Shown one piece after another: positions 10,423 through 18,552 of a stretch of DNA of 32,000 bases. The stretch's first letter is position 1; the number at the start of each line of letters is the position of its first letter. The translations under genes and the position numbers were made by a program. The notes beneath the pieces are model-generated. The model was not told where the DNA came from. It searched no databases and saw only the letters and a list, made by a program, of their open reading frames with translations. The stretch comes from Myxococcales bacterium. GTDB lineage: Bacteria; Myxococcota_A; Polyangia; Polyangiales; Polyangiaceae. Location of the stretch: positions 39,118 through 71,117 of the forward strand of contig CANJCO010000014.1 in the NCBI GenBank assembly GCA_947473045.1, given 5' to 3'.

Positions 10423-10523
10423 GCCTCGCGCCAGCAAAGTTTTCGCCCGCGCCGCGAAGCCAAGCTATGGTTTTCGGGCTTGGCGCGCTCGCGCCTCACG
10501 AACCGTAAACAGTGGAGATGGTC

Positions 10524-11231
10524 ATGGCTCACGCAACTTCCAATCGTCACAGCTTCATCAAAGTGGCTGCTTTCCCTATCGCAGCGGCTGTTGTGTCGAT
10601 TCTGGCGTGCTCCGACCCTGTCGTCCCGCCGCCGAAGGCTGGCGTCGCTTCGACCATCGGCCCCGGTCCGATGGCGCCGTCGATTGGGTGCGGCATCAAC
10701 CGCCAGGTCGTGATGGCCGACACCGGCAGCGCGATCACCGGATGCAACGACAACCTCGGCTGCATGGGCGACCCCGACAACGGCCCCTCAGTCGAGAACA
10801 ACAGCGGCTCCAATTTCGTCGACTGCAGCGTCACCCAGAGCGGGAATAACTTCGCCGTTTCGGCGCTCATGAAGGTCGGTAGCGGCGCCGACGCCGGCAG
10901 CATCACGCTGTCGGGCACCTTCGTGCCCCTCGACAAGAAGAAGCCCGCGCCGCAAGAGGCCGACGTCCCGGGCACCGTGCGCGCCGTGTTCGTGCGCGCC
11001 GACACGGGCGGCTTCACCAGCACCGATTGCACCGCGTGGTACACCAACGACCGCGTTTCGCCGCAGACGAGCACAACGCTCAACGGCAACATGGGCGTCG
11101 CCGCCGGGCGATTCTGGGCGACGGTCATCTGCCCTACGGCCAAGTTCAACGACCCGACAAGCTCGGCCCACCAGGCGTGTCAGGGCGTGGCCACCATCAA
11201 GCTCGAGAACTGCAATCAGGGCGGCGGCTGA
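10524..11231 (+). CDS. Cys-rich lipoprotein, unknown function
   Basis: The ORF begins at GTG 10512. ATG 10524 sits 6 nt after GGAG. Signal peptide and lipobox AAVVSILAC. Eight further Cys in the mature part. High GC3. Confidence 0.7.
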   Translation: MAHATSNRHSFIKVAAFPIAAAVVSILACSDPVVPPPKAGVASTIGPGPMAPSIGCGINRQVVMADTGSAITGCNDNLGCMGDPDNGPSVENNSGSNFVDCSVTQSGNNFAVSALMKVGSGADAGSITLSGTFVPLDKKKPAPQEADVPGTVRAVFVRADTGGFTSTDCTAWYTNDRVSPQTSTTLNGNMGVAAGRFWATVICPTAKFNDPTSSAHQACQGVATIKLENCNQGGG

Positions 11232-11259
11232 GCGTCGTACGCGCCTCGCGCGCCCAATG

Positions 11260-11294
11260 AAAACGCCCGGCGGCTCTCGCGAGTCGTCGGGCGT
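11260..11294 (-). terminator. Hairpin terminator downstream of prkA
   Basis: Stem acgcccg (11263-11269) pairs with cgggcgt (11288-11294). On the minus strand it is followed by ttttc. Located between convergent genes. Confidence 0.5.
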
Positions 11295-11317
11295 CTGCGT
11301 TTCGTGCGCGGAGCCGG

Positions 11318-13381
11318 CTACTCCTTGGCGTCACCGCGCGCGAAGATCGACGCGACGTAGTTGAGCACGTCGGTGGCCGACACCTCGTTGTAGCCGAAGT
11401 TTTTGATGAGCCGGCTCTTGATGATGTCGATCTTCTCCTGCGTGTCTTTGTCGATCACCGCGGAGACGAGCGTCTTCAGCTTAATCGAGTCTTTTTGGTC
11501 CTCGAACAGCTTGAGCTCGAGCGCGCGGCGGAGGCGATCGTTGGTCGACCAGATGAACTTCTTTCCGTCGACGGCCAGCGCTCCGATGAAGTTCATGATC
11601 TCGCGCCGAAAGTCTTCTTTGCGGCTGTCGCTGATTTCGATCTTCTCCTCGATCGAGCGCATGAGGCGCTCATCGGGCTCCTCGTCCTGCCCCGTGTAAC
11701 GATTTTTGACCCGCTCCTTGAGCGTGTAGGCCTTGATATTATCAATGTAGTTTGCAGCCAGTTTAGCGATCGCGTCCTCGTCCGCGCTGATCGCACGCTG
11801 CACTTCGTTCTTCACGATCTCCTCGTACTCACGCTTCACGAGGCTGATGATCTCGCCGAAGCGCTTGCGCATTTCGTCGTTCGTGATGAGCGAGTGGTGA
11901 CGCAGCCCCTTCTCGAGCTCGTTCATCACCATGAACGGGTTGATGGTTCCCTCGCCCGACTCGTTGACCAGCGCGTTGGAGATTTTGTCCTGCACGTACC
12001 TGGGCGAGATGCCTTCCATGCCCTCGCGCTTGCTCTCCTTGCGCAGCTCTTTCACGGTGTCCTGTGTGTAGCCGGGCAGCACCTTGCCGTCGTAGAGCTT
12101 CATTTTTTGCAGCAGCGACAGGTTGTGTTTCTTGGGGTCTTCGAGGCGGGTCATCACGGCCCACATCGCGGCGACTTCGAGCGTGTGCGGGGCCACGTGC
12201 TTGCCCTTGATGCGCGAGGCGTGAAAGTCCTTTTCGTAGATGCGCACTTCCTCGCTGAGCTTCGTGATGTACGGCACGTCGATTTTGATCGTGCGATCGC
12301 GCAGCGCCTCCATGAACTCGTTGCTGAGGAGCTTGCGGTACTCGGCCTCGTTGGTGTGACCAATGATGACCTCATCGATATCGGTCTGCGCGAACTTCTT
12401 CGGCTTGATACGGTGCTCCTGGGAGGCTCCCAGGAGATCGTAGAGAAACGCCACATCGAGCTTGAGCATCTCGACGAACTCGACGATCCCGCGATTGGCG
12501 ATATTAAACTCACCGTCGAAGTTGAACGCGCGCGGATCGCTGTCAGAGCCGTACTCGGCGATCTTGCGGTAGTTGATGTCGCCGGTGAGCTCGGTCGAAT
12601 CCTGATTTTTCTCGTCCTTCGGCTGAAACGTACCGATGCCGACCCGATCTTTTTCGCTGAGCACGAGGCGCCGCACGCGAATGTGCTTCTCCATGACCAT
12701 CGACCAGTCGCCGCTGTAGTGGGTCATCAGGTGCTTGAAGATGAAGCGGCTGGCGGGATCGAGATCGCCGACCACCTTGATCGTCAACTGCTCGCTCGAG
12801 AGCCCGAGCTCGTCGATGGCCCGCACGCGCCACTCCGCCGGGATGAGGCGCAGCGGCTCTTCGTTCATCGGGCTGGGAAAGCGATCGACGTCGGCGCCGG
12901 TGAGGCCCGTGTCCTTCATGTTCACCCAGTCGAACGAATAGAGCGCGCCGGCAGCCGTGCGCGAATACTGCTCGGTGCCCTGCTTGAGCAGCCGCGCGAT
13001 CGTGCTCTTTGAGGAGCCAACCGGACCGTGCAGCAGGATGACCCTTTTTTCAGGGCCGTAGCCCTCCGAGGCGGCTTTGAGCACGTGGACGAGCCGCATG
13101 AGCGGAATGTCGAGGCCGAAGATTGCGTTGGCGCCGCCGTTCTGTTCGTCCTTGAAGAAGTTGTATCTTACAAGCTTCTTCTTGTTGTCGATGTACTCCT
13201 CCGCGCCGTAGCTGATGATCATGTCGTAGAGCCGCTGGTACGCGTTGCGCGCGACCATCGGGTTGTCCCGAACGATCTGCAGATACTCTTCGAACGAGCC
13301 CTCCCAGCTCAGCTCGCGATACAGCTTGAAGTCCTGCATCGCAGCGATTTTCCCCGTCATCGCGCTTCGCGTATCGGCCAT
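11318..13381 (-). CDS. prkA: PrkA-family serine protein kinase (AAA-type P-loop)
   Basis: ORF 11318..13513 trimmed to ATG 13381 ([34 protein letters not shown]). Walker A is [12 protein letters not shown]. The 687-aa length and conserved blocks match PrkA/YeaG. Confidence 0.93.
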   Translation of the reverse strand: MADTRSAMTGKIAAMQDFKLYRELSWEGSFEEYLQIVRDNPMVARNAYQRLYDMIISYGAEEYIDNKKKLVRYNFFKDEQNGGANAIFGLDIPLMRLVHVLKAASEGYGPEKRVILLHGPVGSSKSTIARLLKQGTEQYSRTAAGALYSFDWVNMKDTGLTGADVDRFPSPMNEEPLRLIPAEWRVRAIDELGLSSEQLTIKVVGDLDPASRFIFKHLMTHYSGDWSMVMEKHIRVRRLVLSEKDRVGIGTFQPKDEKNQDSTELTGDINYRKIAEYGSDSDPRAFNFDGEFNIANRGIVEFVEMLKLDVAFLYDLLGASQEHRIKPKKFAQTDIDEVIIGHTNEAEYRKLLSNEFMEALRDRTIKIDVPYITKLSEEVRIYEKDFHASRIKGKHVAPHTLEVAAMWAVMTRLEDPKKHNLSLLQKMKLYDGKVLPGYTQDTVKELRKESKREGMEGISPRYVQDKISNALVNESGEGTINPFMVMNELEKGLRHHSLITNDEMRKRFGEIISLVKREYEEIVKNEVQRAISADEDAIAKLAANYIDNIKAYTLKERVKNRYTGQDEEPDERLMRSIEEKIEISDSRKEDFRREIMNFIGALAVDGKKFIWSTNDRLRRALELKLFEDQKDSIKLKTLVSAVIDKDTQEKIDIIKSRLIKNFGYNEVSATDVLNYVASIFARGDAKE

Positions 13382-13645
13382 GATCTTCTCCTGCTCGGTC
13401 AAGCGTAACACGCGGGCGGCAGCCCTGACGGCGGCGGCCCGTGTGAACGCGCGGCGACACTGCGAGTGTGCACGGTTGGGCGGTGCCGACGCGACCGGGG
13501 CGCTTCGCCTCATCGCAAATGCGTCGCTGGCGGCGCAAGGCGTCGCTTAGGCGGCGGAATCGACCGGTTTGCGCGGGTTTGCCGCCGGGACCACCTTTTG
13601 CTTTGCGTACCTGCGGAGCTCGCCCACCGGACGAGAGCATTCACC

Positions 13646-15109
13646 ATGAAGTTCTTCCTCAACGTGACCGTCGCCGCTGCCGCCCTCGCCTCTATCGCCG
13701 GCTGCGGTGAATACGAGTACGCCGGGCGCCCTGTCGCCTATGCGCAGGGAAGCCTCGCCTACGCCGAGCCGGTTCGAGCCGAGGCGCCAGTCGCGGCCAC
13801 CGTCGACGCTCGCGCAGGCGACCCACAAGACGTCTTCATTGGCGCTCCCGCTGACGAATACGCCGACACCGATCCCTCGGCGTTGAGCGACTTCCGAAGC
13901 ACGCTCGACCCTTACGGAAATTGGGTCGAAGACAGCACGTACGGGACGGTCTGGGTGCCCTCTTCCAACGTGGTCGGCGCAAACTTCACGCCGTACGTTA
14001 CTTCGGGTCACTGGGCGTACGGCGACGACTATGTGTGGGTCTCCGACTACGACTGGGGTTGGGCTCCGTTCCACTACGGCCGTTGGGTTTACATCGACAA
14101 CCGCGGCTGGAGCTGGATCGCCGGGCGCTCCTACGCAGGAGCCTGGGTGAGCTGGCGCACCGGCTACGACGGTTGGGGTTACGTGGGGTGGGCGCCGATG
14201 CCTCCGAGCTGGTACTGGCGCGGCGGCCTGGCGATGGGTTTGGGAGTCATCCCGCGCGCCTCGTACACGTTTTGCGCCAACGGCGATCTCTTCGCGCCGG
14301 CGATGGGCGGACGCGTGATCGCCGGTCAACAGGGCGCCGTCGTGGGTAGCCACACCCGTCCGTACACTCCCGCGAGCCCCACGGTTGGCGGCCCGGGACG
14401 CACCGCGGCCTCGCCGACCGTCAACGGTTCTGCGCCTCTCGGGCAGCATCACATCGGACCGCCGCCCGCTTCACTCGGCCTCGGCGCCGGTCAATTGTCG
14501 GCGCCTCCTTCGCAAGATCGCGGTCTGCTACGCGCCGGTCAGTTTGCCAGGCCGAGCACCGCGACCGTGGCCGGCGCGCGGTCTCCCGCTCCGTTCGCGC
14601 CCGCGGGCAGCAGCTGGACGCCGTCGCCCACAAACGCTGCGGCTGCCGGCTACAGCCGCACCATCGGCGCGCCGGACTACAACGGCCGCGCGGTCGCCTC
14701 GTCGCCCACGTTTCGCCCCTCACAGTATGGGCCTACGCAGACCTCCCGCCCCGCAGCGACCGGCAGCGCACCGACAGTATTCGGCTCGCCGAGCTCCGGC
14801 GGCGCGCGCAGCCAGGCGCCCCAACGCATCTACTCGACGGCCCCGAGCGGGTCTGCCCCTTCGTACTCACCGCAGGTCAGCGCGCCCACCTTTCACAGCA
14901 GCGCACCTTCATACTCACCGCAGGTCAGCGCGCCCACCTTTCGCAGCAGCACCCCAACGTACGCACCCCAGGTCAGCGCACCCACCTTTCGCAGCAGCAC
15001 CCCAACGTACGCGCCCCGCGTCAGCGCACCTGCCCCCGCCTCGCACGGCTCATTCGGCGGCGGCGGACGATCCTTCACTGGCGCTGGCGGCCGCGGCGGC
15101 CGTCGATAA
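13646..15109 (+). CDS. Lipoprotein with Trp/Tyr/Gly-rich domain and Pro/Ser/Thr-rich repetitive tail
   Basis: ORF 13466..15109 trimmed to ATG 13646 (MKFFLNVTVAAAALASIAGC lipobox). Core is YGTVWVPS...HWAYGDDYVWVSDYDWGWAPFHYGRWVYIDNRGWSWIAGRSYAGAWVSWRTGYDGWGYVGWAPMPP. The C-terminal 250 aa are low complexity, ending GGRGGRR. Confidence 0.8.
   Translation: MKFFLNVTVAAAALASIAGCGEYEYAGRPVAYAQGSLAYAEPVRAEAPVAATVDARAGDPQDVFIGAPADEYADTDPSALSDFRSTLDPYGNWVEDSTYGTVWVPSSNVVGANFTPYVTSGHWAYGDDYVWVSDYDWGWAPFHYGRWVYIDNRGWSWIAGRSYAGAWVSWRTGYDGWGYVGWAPMPPSWYWRGGLAMGLGVIPRASYTFCANGDLFAPAMGGRVIAGQQGAVVGSHTRPYTPASPTVGGPGRTAASPTVNGSAPLGQHHIGPPPASLGLGAGQLSAPPSQDRGLLRAGQFARPSTATVAGARSPAPFAPAGSSWTPSPTNAAAAGYSRTIGAPDYNGRAVASSPTFRPSQYGPTQTSRPAATGSAPTVFGSPSSGGARSQAPQRIYSTAPSGSAPSYSPQVSAPTFHSSAPSYSPQVSAPTFRSSTPTYAPQVSAPTFRSSTPTYAPRVSAPAPASHGSFGGGGRSFTGAGGRGGRR
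14855..15046 (+). repeat. In-frame 48-bp tandem repeat, 4 copies (16-aa unit APSYSPQVSAPTFxSS)
   Basis: Units are 14855-14902, 14903-14950, 14951-14998 and 14999-15046. Copies 1/2 and 3/4 are near-identical pairs. The last copy degenerates in its second half. Confidence 0.9.
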
Positions 15110-15130
15110 TCTTCAGGAGTCCAATATCCC

Positions 15131-15697
15131 ATGCGCCCTCTGTTCGCCCTCCCATCGATTCTCGCCCTCCCATTGTTCGCCGCCTGCATCGTCGATCCGG
15201 GGCCGAGCAACCGCAACCCGCCGCCGAGCGGCACAGTCCCCGCAAGCGTTCCGCCGATGGTGGTCTCGGTTGACACCAACCAGACGATGAACGCAAAAGG
15301 CGGCGAGGGCGTCGGCGTGTTCGTCGAGTACCGCGCGGGCGGCCACTGGCACGTCTGGCTCACCTGTGACACGAGCGTGAGCGGGCAGGACTGCAGCTTC
15401 AAGCTGAGCGCCGGCGCAACATCGGGGTCGCTTCGAAACCTGCTCCCGACGTCAGGAGGAACCGCCCAGGTCGATGTGAGCAACATCGGCGGCGCTATCA
15501 CTGCGAGCTCACGCATCACCACCGAAGTCGCGGGAGTCGATTTCGACTCTGATCCTGGAGCGCGCGTTACCATCGACGCGAGCGTCAGCGGCTTGCACAC
15601 GGGAGATTTCTTCTTCTTCGTGCAAGACGGAACGGTCAACGGCGGCTTCGGCGGCAAGTTCACCAACCCGCTGGCCTTCGAACCCACGCAGCCTTGA
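15131..15697 (+). CDS. Lipoprotein, unknown function
   Basis: ATG at 15131. Signal peptide and lipobox MRPLFALPSILALPLFAAC. 188 aa with high GC3. Its stop overlaps the folK start region. Confidence 0.7.
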   Translation: MRPLFALPSILALPLFAACIVDPGPSNRNPPPSGTVPASVPPMVVSVDTNQTMNAKGGEGVGVFVEYRAGGHWHVWLTCDTSVSGQDCSFKLSAGATSGSLRNLLPTSGGTAQVDVSNIGGAITASSRITTEVAGVDFDSDPGARVTIDASVSGLHTGDFFFFVQDGTVNGGFGGKFTNPLAFEPTQP

Positions 15698-16182
15698 GCT
15701 ACGATGGCCGCGTGCGCGCGGTCCTCGGCATCGGTAGCAACCTCGGCGACAGGCTTGCGCTCATTCGCGAAGCGGTCGCGCAGATGCGAGCCGTCGCGTC
15801 GGTGCTGGCGGTGTCGCCAGTCTACGAGTCGGACGCTCTCGGCCCGCCGCAGGGCCGGTACCTCAACGCGGCCATGCTCGTCGACACCCCGATGGCGCCG
15901 CTCGCGCTGCTGGCGGCGATGCACGAAGTCGAACGGCACCTCGGCCGGGAGCGCCGCGAACGGTGGGGAGCGCGAACGCTCGATCTCGACGTGCTCTGGA
16001 TAGAAGGCACTTCCGTCGACGATGCCGCGCTGACGGTTCCCCACCCGGCGCTGCGCGAGCGCGCGTTTGCGCTTAGGCCACTGGTCGACGTGGCGCCGCT
16101 CGCGGTCGACCCGCGCGATGGGCAAAGACTCGCGGACGTGCCCCGCGACGACGCGAGCCTCGTCGTGTTTGGGTACGCGTAG
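15694..16182 (+). CDS. folK: 2-amino-4-hydroxy-6-hydroxymethyldihydropteridine diphosphokinase (HPPK)
   Basis: Motifs LGIGSNLGDR, SPVYESDALGPPQ..YLNAA, ERHLGRER..RWGARTLDLDVL and VPHPALRERAF. The start is TTG 15694, overlapping the upstream TGA, or in-frame GTG 15712. Confidence 0.9.
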   Translation: MSYDGRVRAVLGIGSNLGDRLALIREAVAQMRAVASVLAVSPVYESDALGPPQGRYLNAAMLVDTPMAPLALLAAMHEVERHLGRERRERWGARTLDLDVLWIEGTSVDDAALTVPHPALRERAFALRPLVDVAPLAVDPRDGQRLADVPRDDASLVVFGYA

Positions 16183-16195
16183 GCGCGCACCGCCA

Positions 16196-16236
16196 CAAAA
16201 AGCACGAAGGCGACCTGGTTGCCCAAGCCGCCTTCG
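16196..16236 (-). terminator. Strong rho-independent terminator, minus-strand oriented
   Basis: The minus strand reads cgaaggcg-g-cttgg-GCAA-ccagg-t-cgccttcg then tgcTTTTTgtgg. This is about 14 continuous pairs including two G-U pairs that exist only on the minus strand, a GNRA loop and a U5 tract. On the plus strand there is no T tract and the wobbles become mismatches. Confidence 0.7.
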
Positions 16237-18430
16237 CGGAAGTTCACGTAGTCTGCGCGGACTCACGAGGAGCCTCTGGTCGGTGATTGGCCAACCCGCA
16301 AACCTGCTGCCGAGGCCGCGACCTTTCGAGCCGCGTTCTGCCATCGACACATCATCGCTCCTGCACGATGCCCGCTGCGAGCCCGACGCGATTCGCGTCG
16401 GTCGAACTCGAACGGATCGGTGGGGAGGTTATCCCGCACCAGCTTCGGAAGACTTTCACTCGAGTCGCACAACCGCACCTTTCGGCGCTGCTTACGACGG
16501 ACCCACCGCGCCTTTGTTTCGGCTGGATGAGCCTTGCCCGAGATGGAGCCTGCCTCTCACGCTCTGTTGTCGCCCCTTGGGCACCGCGCGTCGATTCCTG
16601 TCGAGCGAAGCTTTGGCGCGCCTTTGGTCTTTCGAAGAAAGGTCCGCCCAACCCTGGGAGCCAAGAACCGCCTCGACGGCGCTCGTTAAAGCGCTGGATC
16701 GTGCCGGCTCAAAGCGCGTTCTGTCGTGCCGTATCCCTCGAGAGCAAAAAGCCCTTGAGCCCGGATATTTCAGCTCGAATTGAGACTGAAACATCACAGG
16801 TCACCCGTTCGCGAAAGCTTCGGCTGCGGTTCGAGCTCAGCTCGATGTCTGCAGAGGCTGTTGCTAGCGCCACTCCCGACGGCAGGCCTTGCGGCCAGCC
16901 GACGACGATGAGGTGCAAGGTGAGGTAGACCGACGTCTGCCATCGTTGCCTGTTTTTCGGATGCGAGCACCCGTGCCTCGTGGGTTTTCGGTGAGGTCGC
17001 GCCCCGCATGCGCTCGAGCTTCAGGCTCTTGCCCATGCTGCCCTCCTTGCGGCTTTCGCCTTGGGGTGAGCTACCGAACCGCGCTTGCGTTTCACGACGC
17101 AATCGCGGGCTGAGGCGGCCTGCTCATCGTGGTGGCGAGGCGTTTTCTTCCTCGCACTACGCTGTTCAGACGAGCCCCTGACGCCTCTGTCGAACCGCTC
17201 CGAGAAGGCGCCGCGCACCTGGGTGAGCGACGGCATCTGCGTTGAACGATTCCGAAGACCGCTTCGTACGACGGCCCCGTGAAGGGCCGACGCGTAGGCG
17301 ATCCGAGAGCGCCTTCCACCGAAGGGAGTTTCTTCTCGGCCGGTGGGCTTGCGCCCGCTTGCCGTGCACCCTGAACATCGCTCTTTCGAGCGACATCTGC
17401 CTGTGCAAACCAGGAGCGATCGCGTGGCTTAGCCACCGCGCGTCACTCCGCTGCGCCTTTTGGGGCAGCGACTGGGACTCCGCCAGTTAAGCGGGAGCCT
17501 CCGTTCGCAAACCCTGGGCTTTCCGTGCACGCCTGCGTCTTTCGACGCGGACGCTTCATGAAAACCTGACGCAGCCCTTCGACTTCTGCAACACAACGAA
17601 CGACACACGGACGCAGCCTTGGCGAACGTTCGTAACCTCGCGTGCGCTCCCTTGGTTTCCCGCAGAAGCGTTTTTCGGGCGCCTGCCGAAGCAGGAGTGC
17701 TTTCGCACCGGACACCCGTCGCGAGCTGGTTGCGCTTTGATCTCGCGCCTCGTGTTGATTCGAGGCGACCCCTCCTGAAGCGAGAGGACATTTCGCCGTT
17801 GCCGGCGAATACCGAGAGCGAACCAGGCCGATGAAGCTCAGGCAAAGATAAAGCGAACCGCACGCCTCTCGGCGAACCCCGCACCGCGTCGCGCTTACGC
17901 CCGCCGCGTTCCTTCCCGATGCCGCACCGAACCCCTCTTGTCGCCAGAGCGGCAGCGCGGAGGATTGGAGCCCACCACGCCGCGCGCCAAGGCCGAGGTC
18001 TGCCCCGATGACGTGCCCCGCGAAGGGCGCTGTCACCGCGGGTTGACCGAGGTGCTTGCCACCGCCCGGAAACGAATAAAGCCGAGGTATTTCTCCCCGG
18101 TTTGTTCGTCAGGGCCTTCAGTTCACGCCGCCCCGGGAGGGGACTTGCAAGCTGAAGCGCCCACGCTTTTTTTACCTCGCCCTGCCCGCCTCGGTCTGAT
18201 GCCCGAAGCGGAGGGAGAAGCTTGGCCGAACCTGCAGCGCGCCGACGAATCGACACCCTTTACAGACCGACCACAGCGCCTGATGCGGCTTTTGCGATCG
18301 AACGTTCGCGGACTTGCGTTACCGCGAACTTCGAGCGGCGTTATGCCTGATCACTGCGAACGGCTCAAGGAAAAAGTCACCGTTCAAACGCGAATATTTC
18401 GCAAGAGCGTCACGCGCGGGCAGACCGAAG

Positions 18431-18450
18431 TTTTCCACAAGTTATCCATA
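18431..18450 (+). promoter_or_regulatory. Two adjacent DnaA-box-like 9-mers
   Basis: TTTTCCACA (18431-18439) fits TTWTNCACA. TTATCCATA (18442-18450) has one mismatch. The two are head-to-tail, 2 nt apart. Confidence 0.25.
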
Positions 18451-18530
18451 GGCGCCCATTCGGCTCGTTCGGCGATCCATGAGCGGGGAGCGCACCGCGG
18501 GCTCGCGACCGAATCATGCAAAACAATTGC

Positions 18531-18552
18531 TATTGATTGCAGGTATTGATTG
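18531..18552 (+). repeat. Direct repeat TATTGATTG x2 in an AT-rich patch
   Basis: Copies at 18531-18539 and 18544-18552, with a 13-bp period. They sit immediately 3' of the stop of the 18559..19389 gene. The 9-mer TTGATTGCA also occurs at 1461-1469. Confidence 0.4.

Noticed and set aside
11495-13012. 505-aa plus-strand ORF antisense to prkA
   Set aside because: Shadow ORF of a clearly real gene. Leu/Arg/Asp/Val-biased composition produced by the antisense of GC3-rich codons.
13547-16350. Long minus-strand ORFs 13547..14452 and 14893..16350
   Set aside because: They are antisense to the Trp-rich lipoprotein, the 15131 lipoprotein and folK. Compositionally biased with no motifs. The same reasoning applies to 19361..20437 (+), 24481..25548 (-) and 25666..26697 (-).
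16263-16478. 71-aa minus-strand ORF ending 27 nt before the orphan terminator
   Set aside because: Third-position GC is only about 64% by my count, versus well above that in real genes here. No SD, and an Arg-rich unremarkable sequence. Probably noncoding.
16631-16800. Short resemblances to RNase P CR-I (GAAGAAAGGUCCGCCC at ~16634) and to 23S rRNA (ACUGAAACAUC at ~16786)
   Set aside because: Only 8-11 nt similarities. None of the other universally conserved rRNA or RNase P blocks are present nearby. Sizes and context do not fit.
17079-17108. Group II intron domain V look-alike (minus: AGCCCGCG-A-UUGCG-UCGUGAAA-CGCAA-G-CGCGGUU)
   Set aside because: The AGC triad does not pair as in domain V. 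The loop is 8 nt rather than a GNRA tetraloop on a 5-bp upper stem. There is no 2-nt bulge, no GUGYG 5' end in the right place and no reverse-transcriptase ORF.
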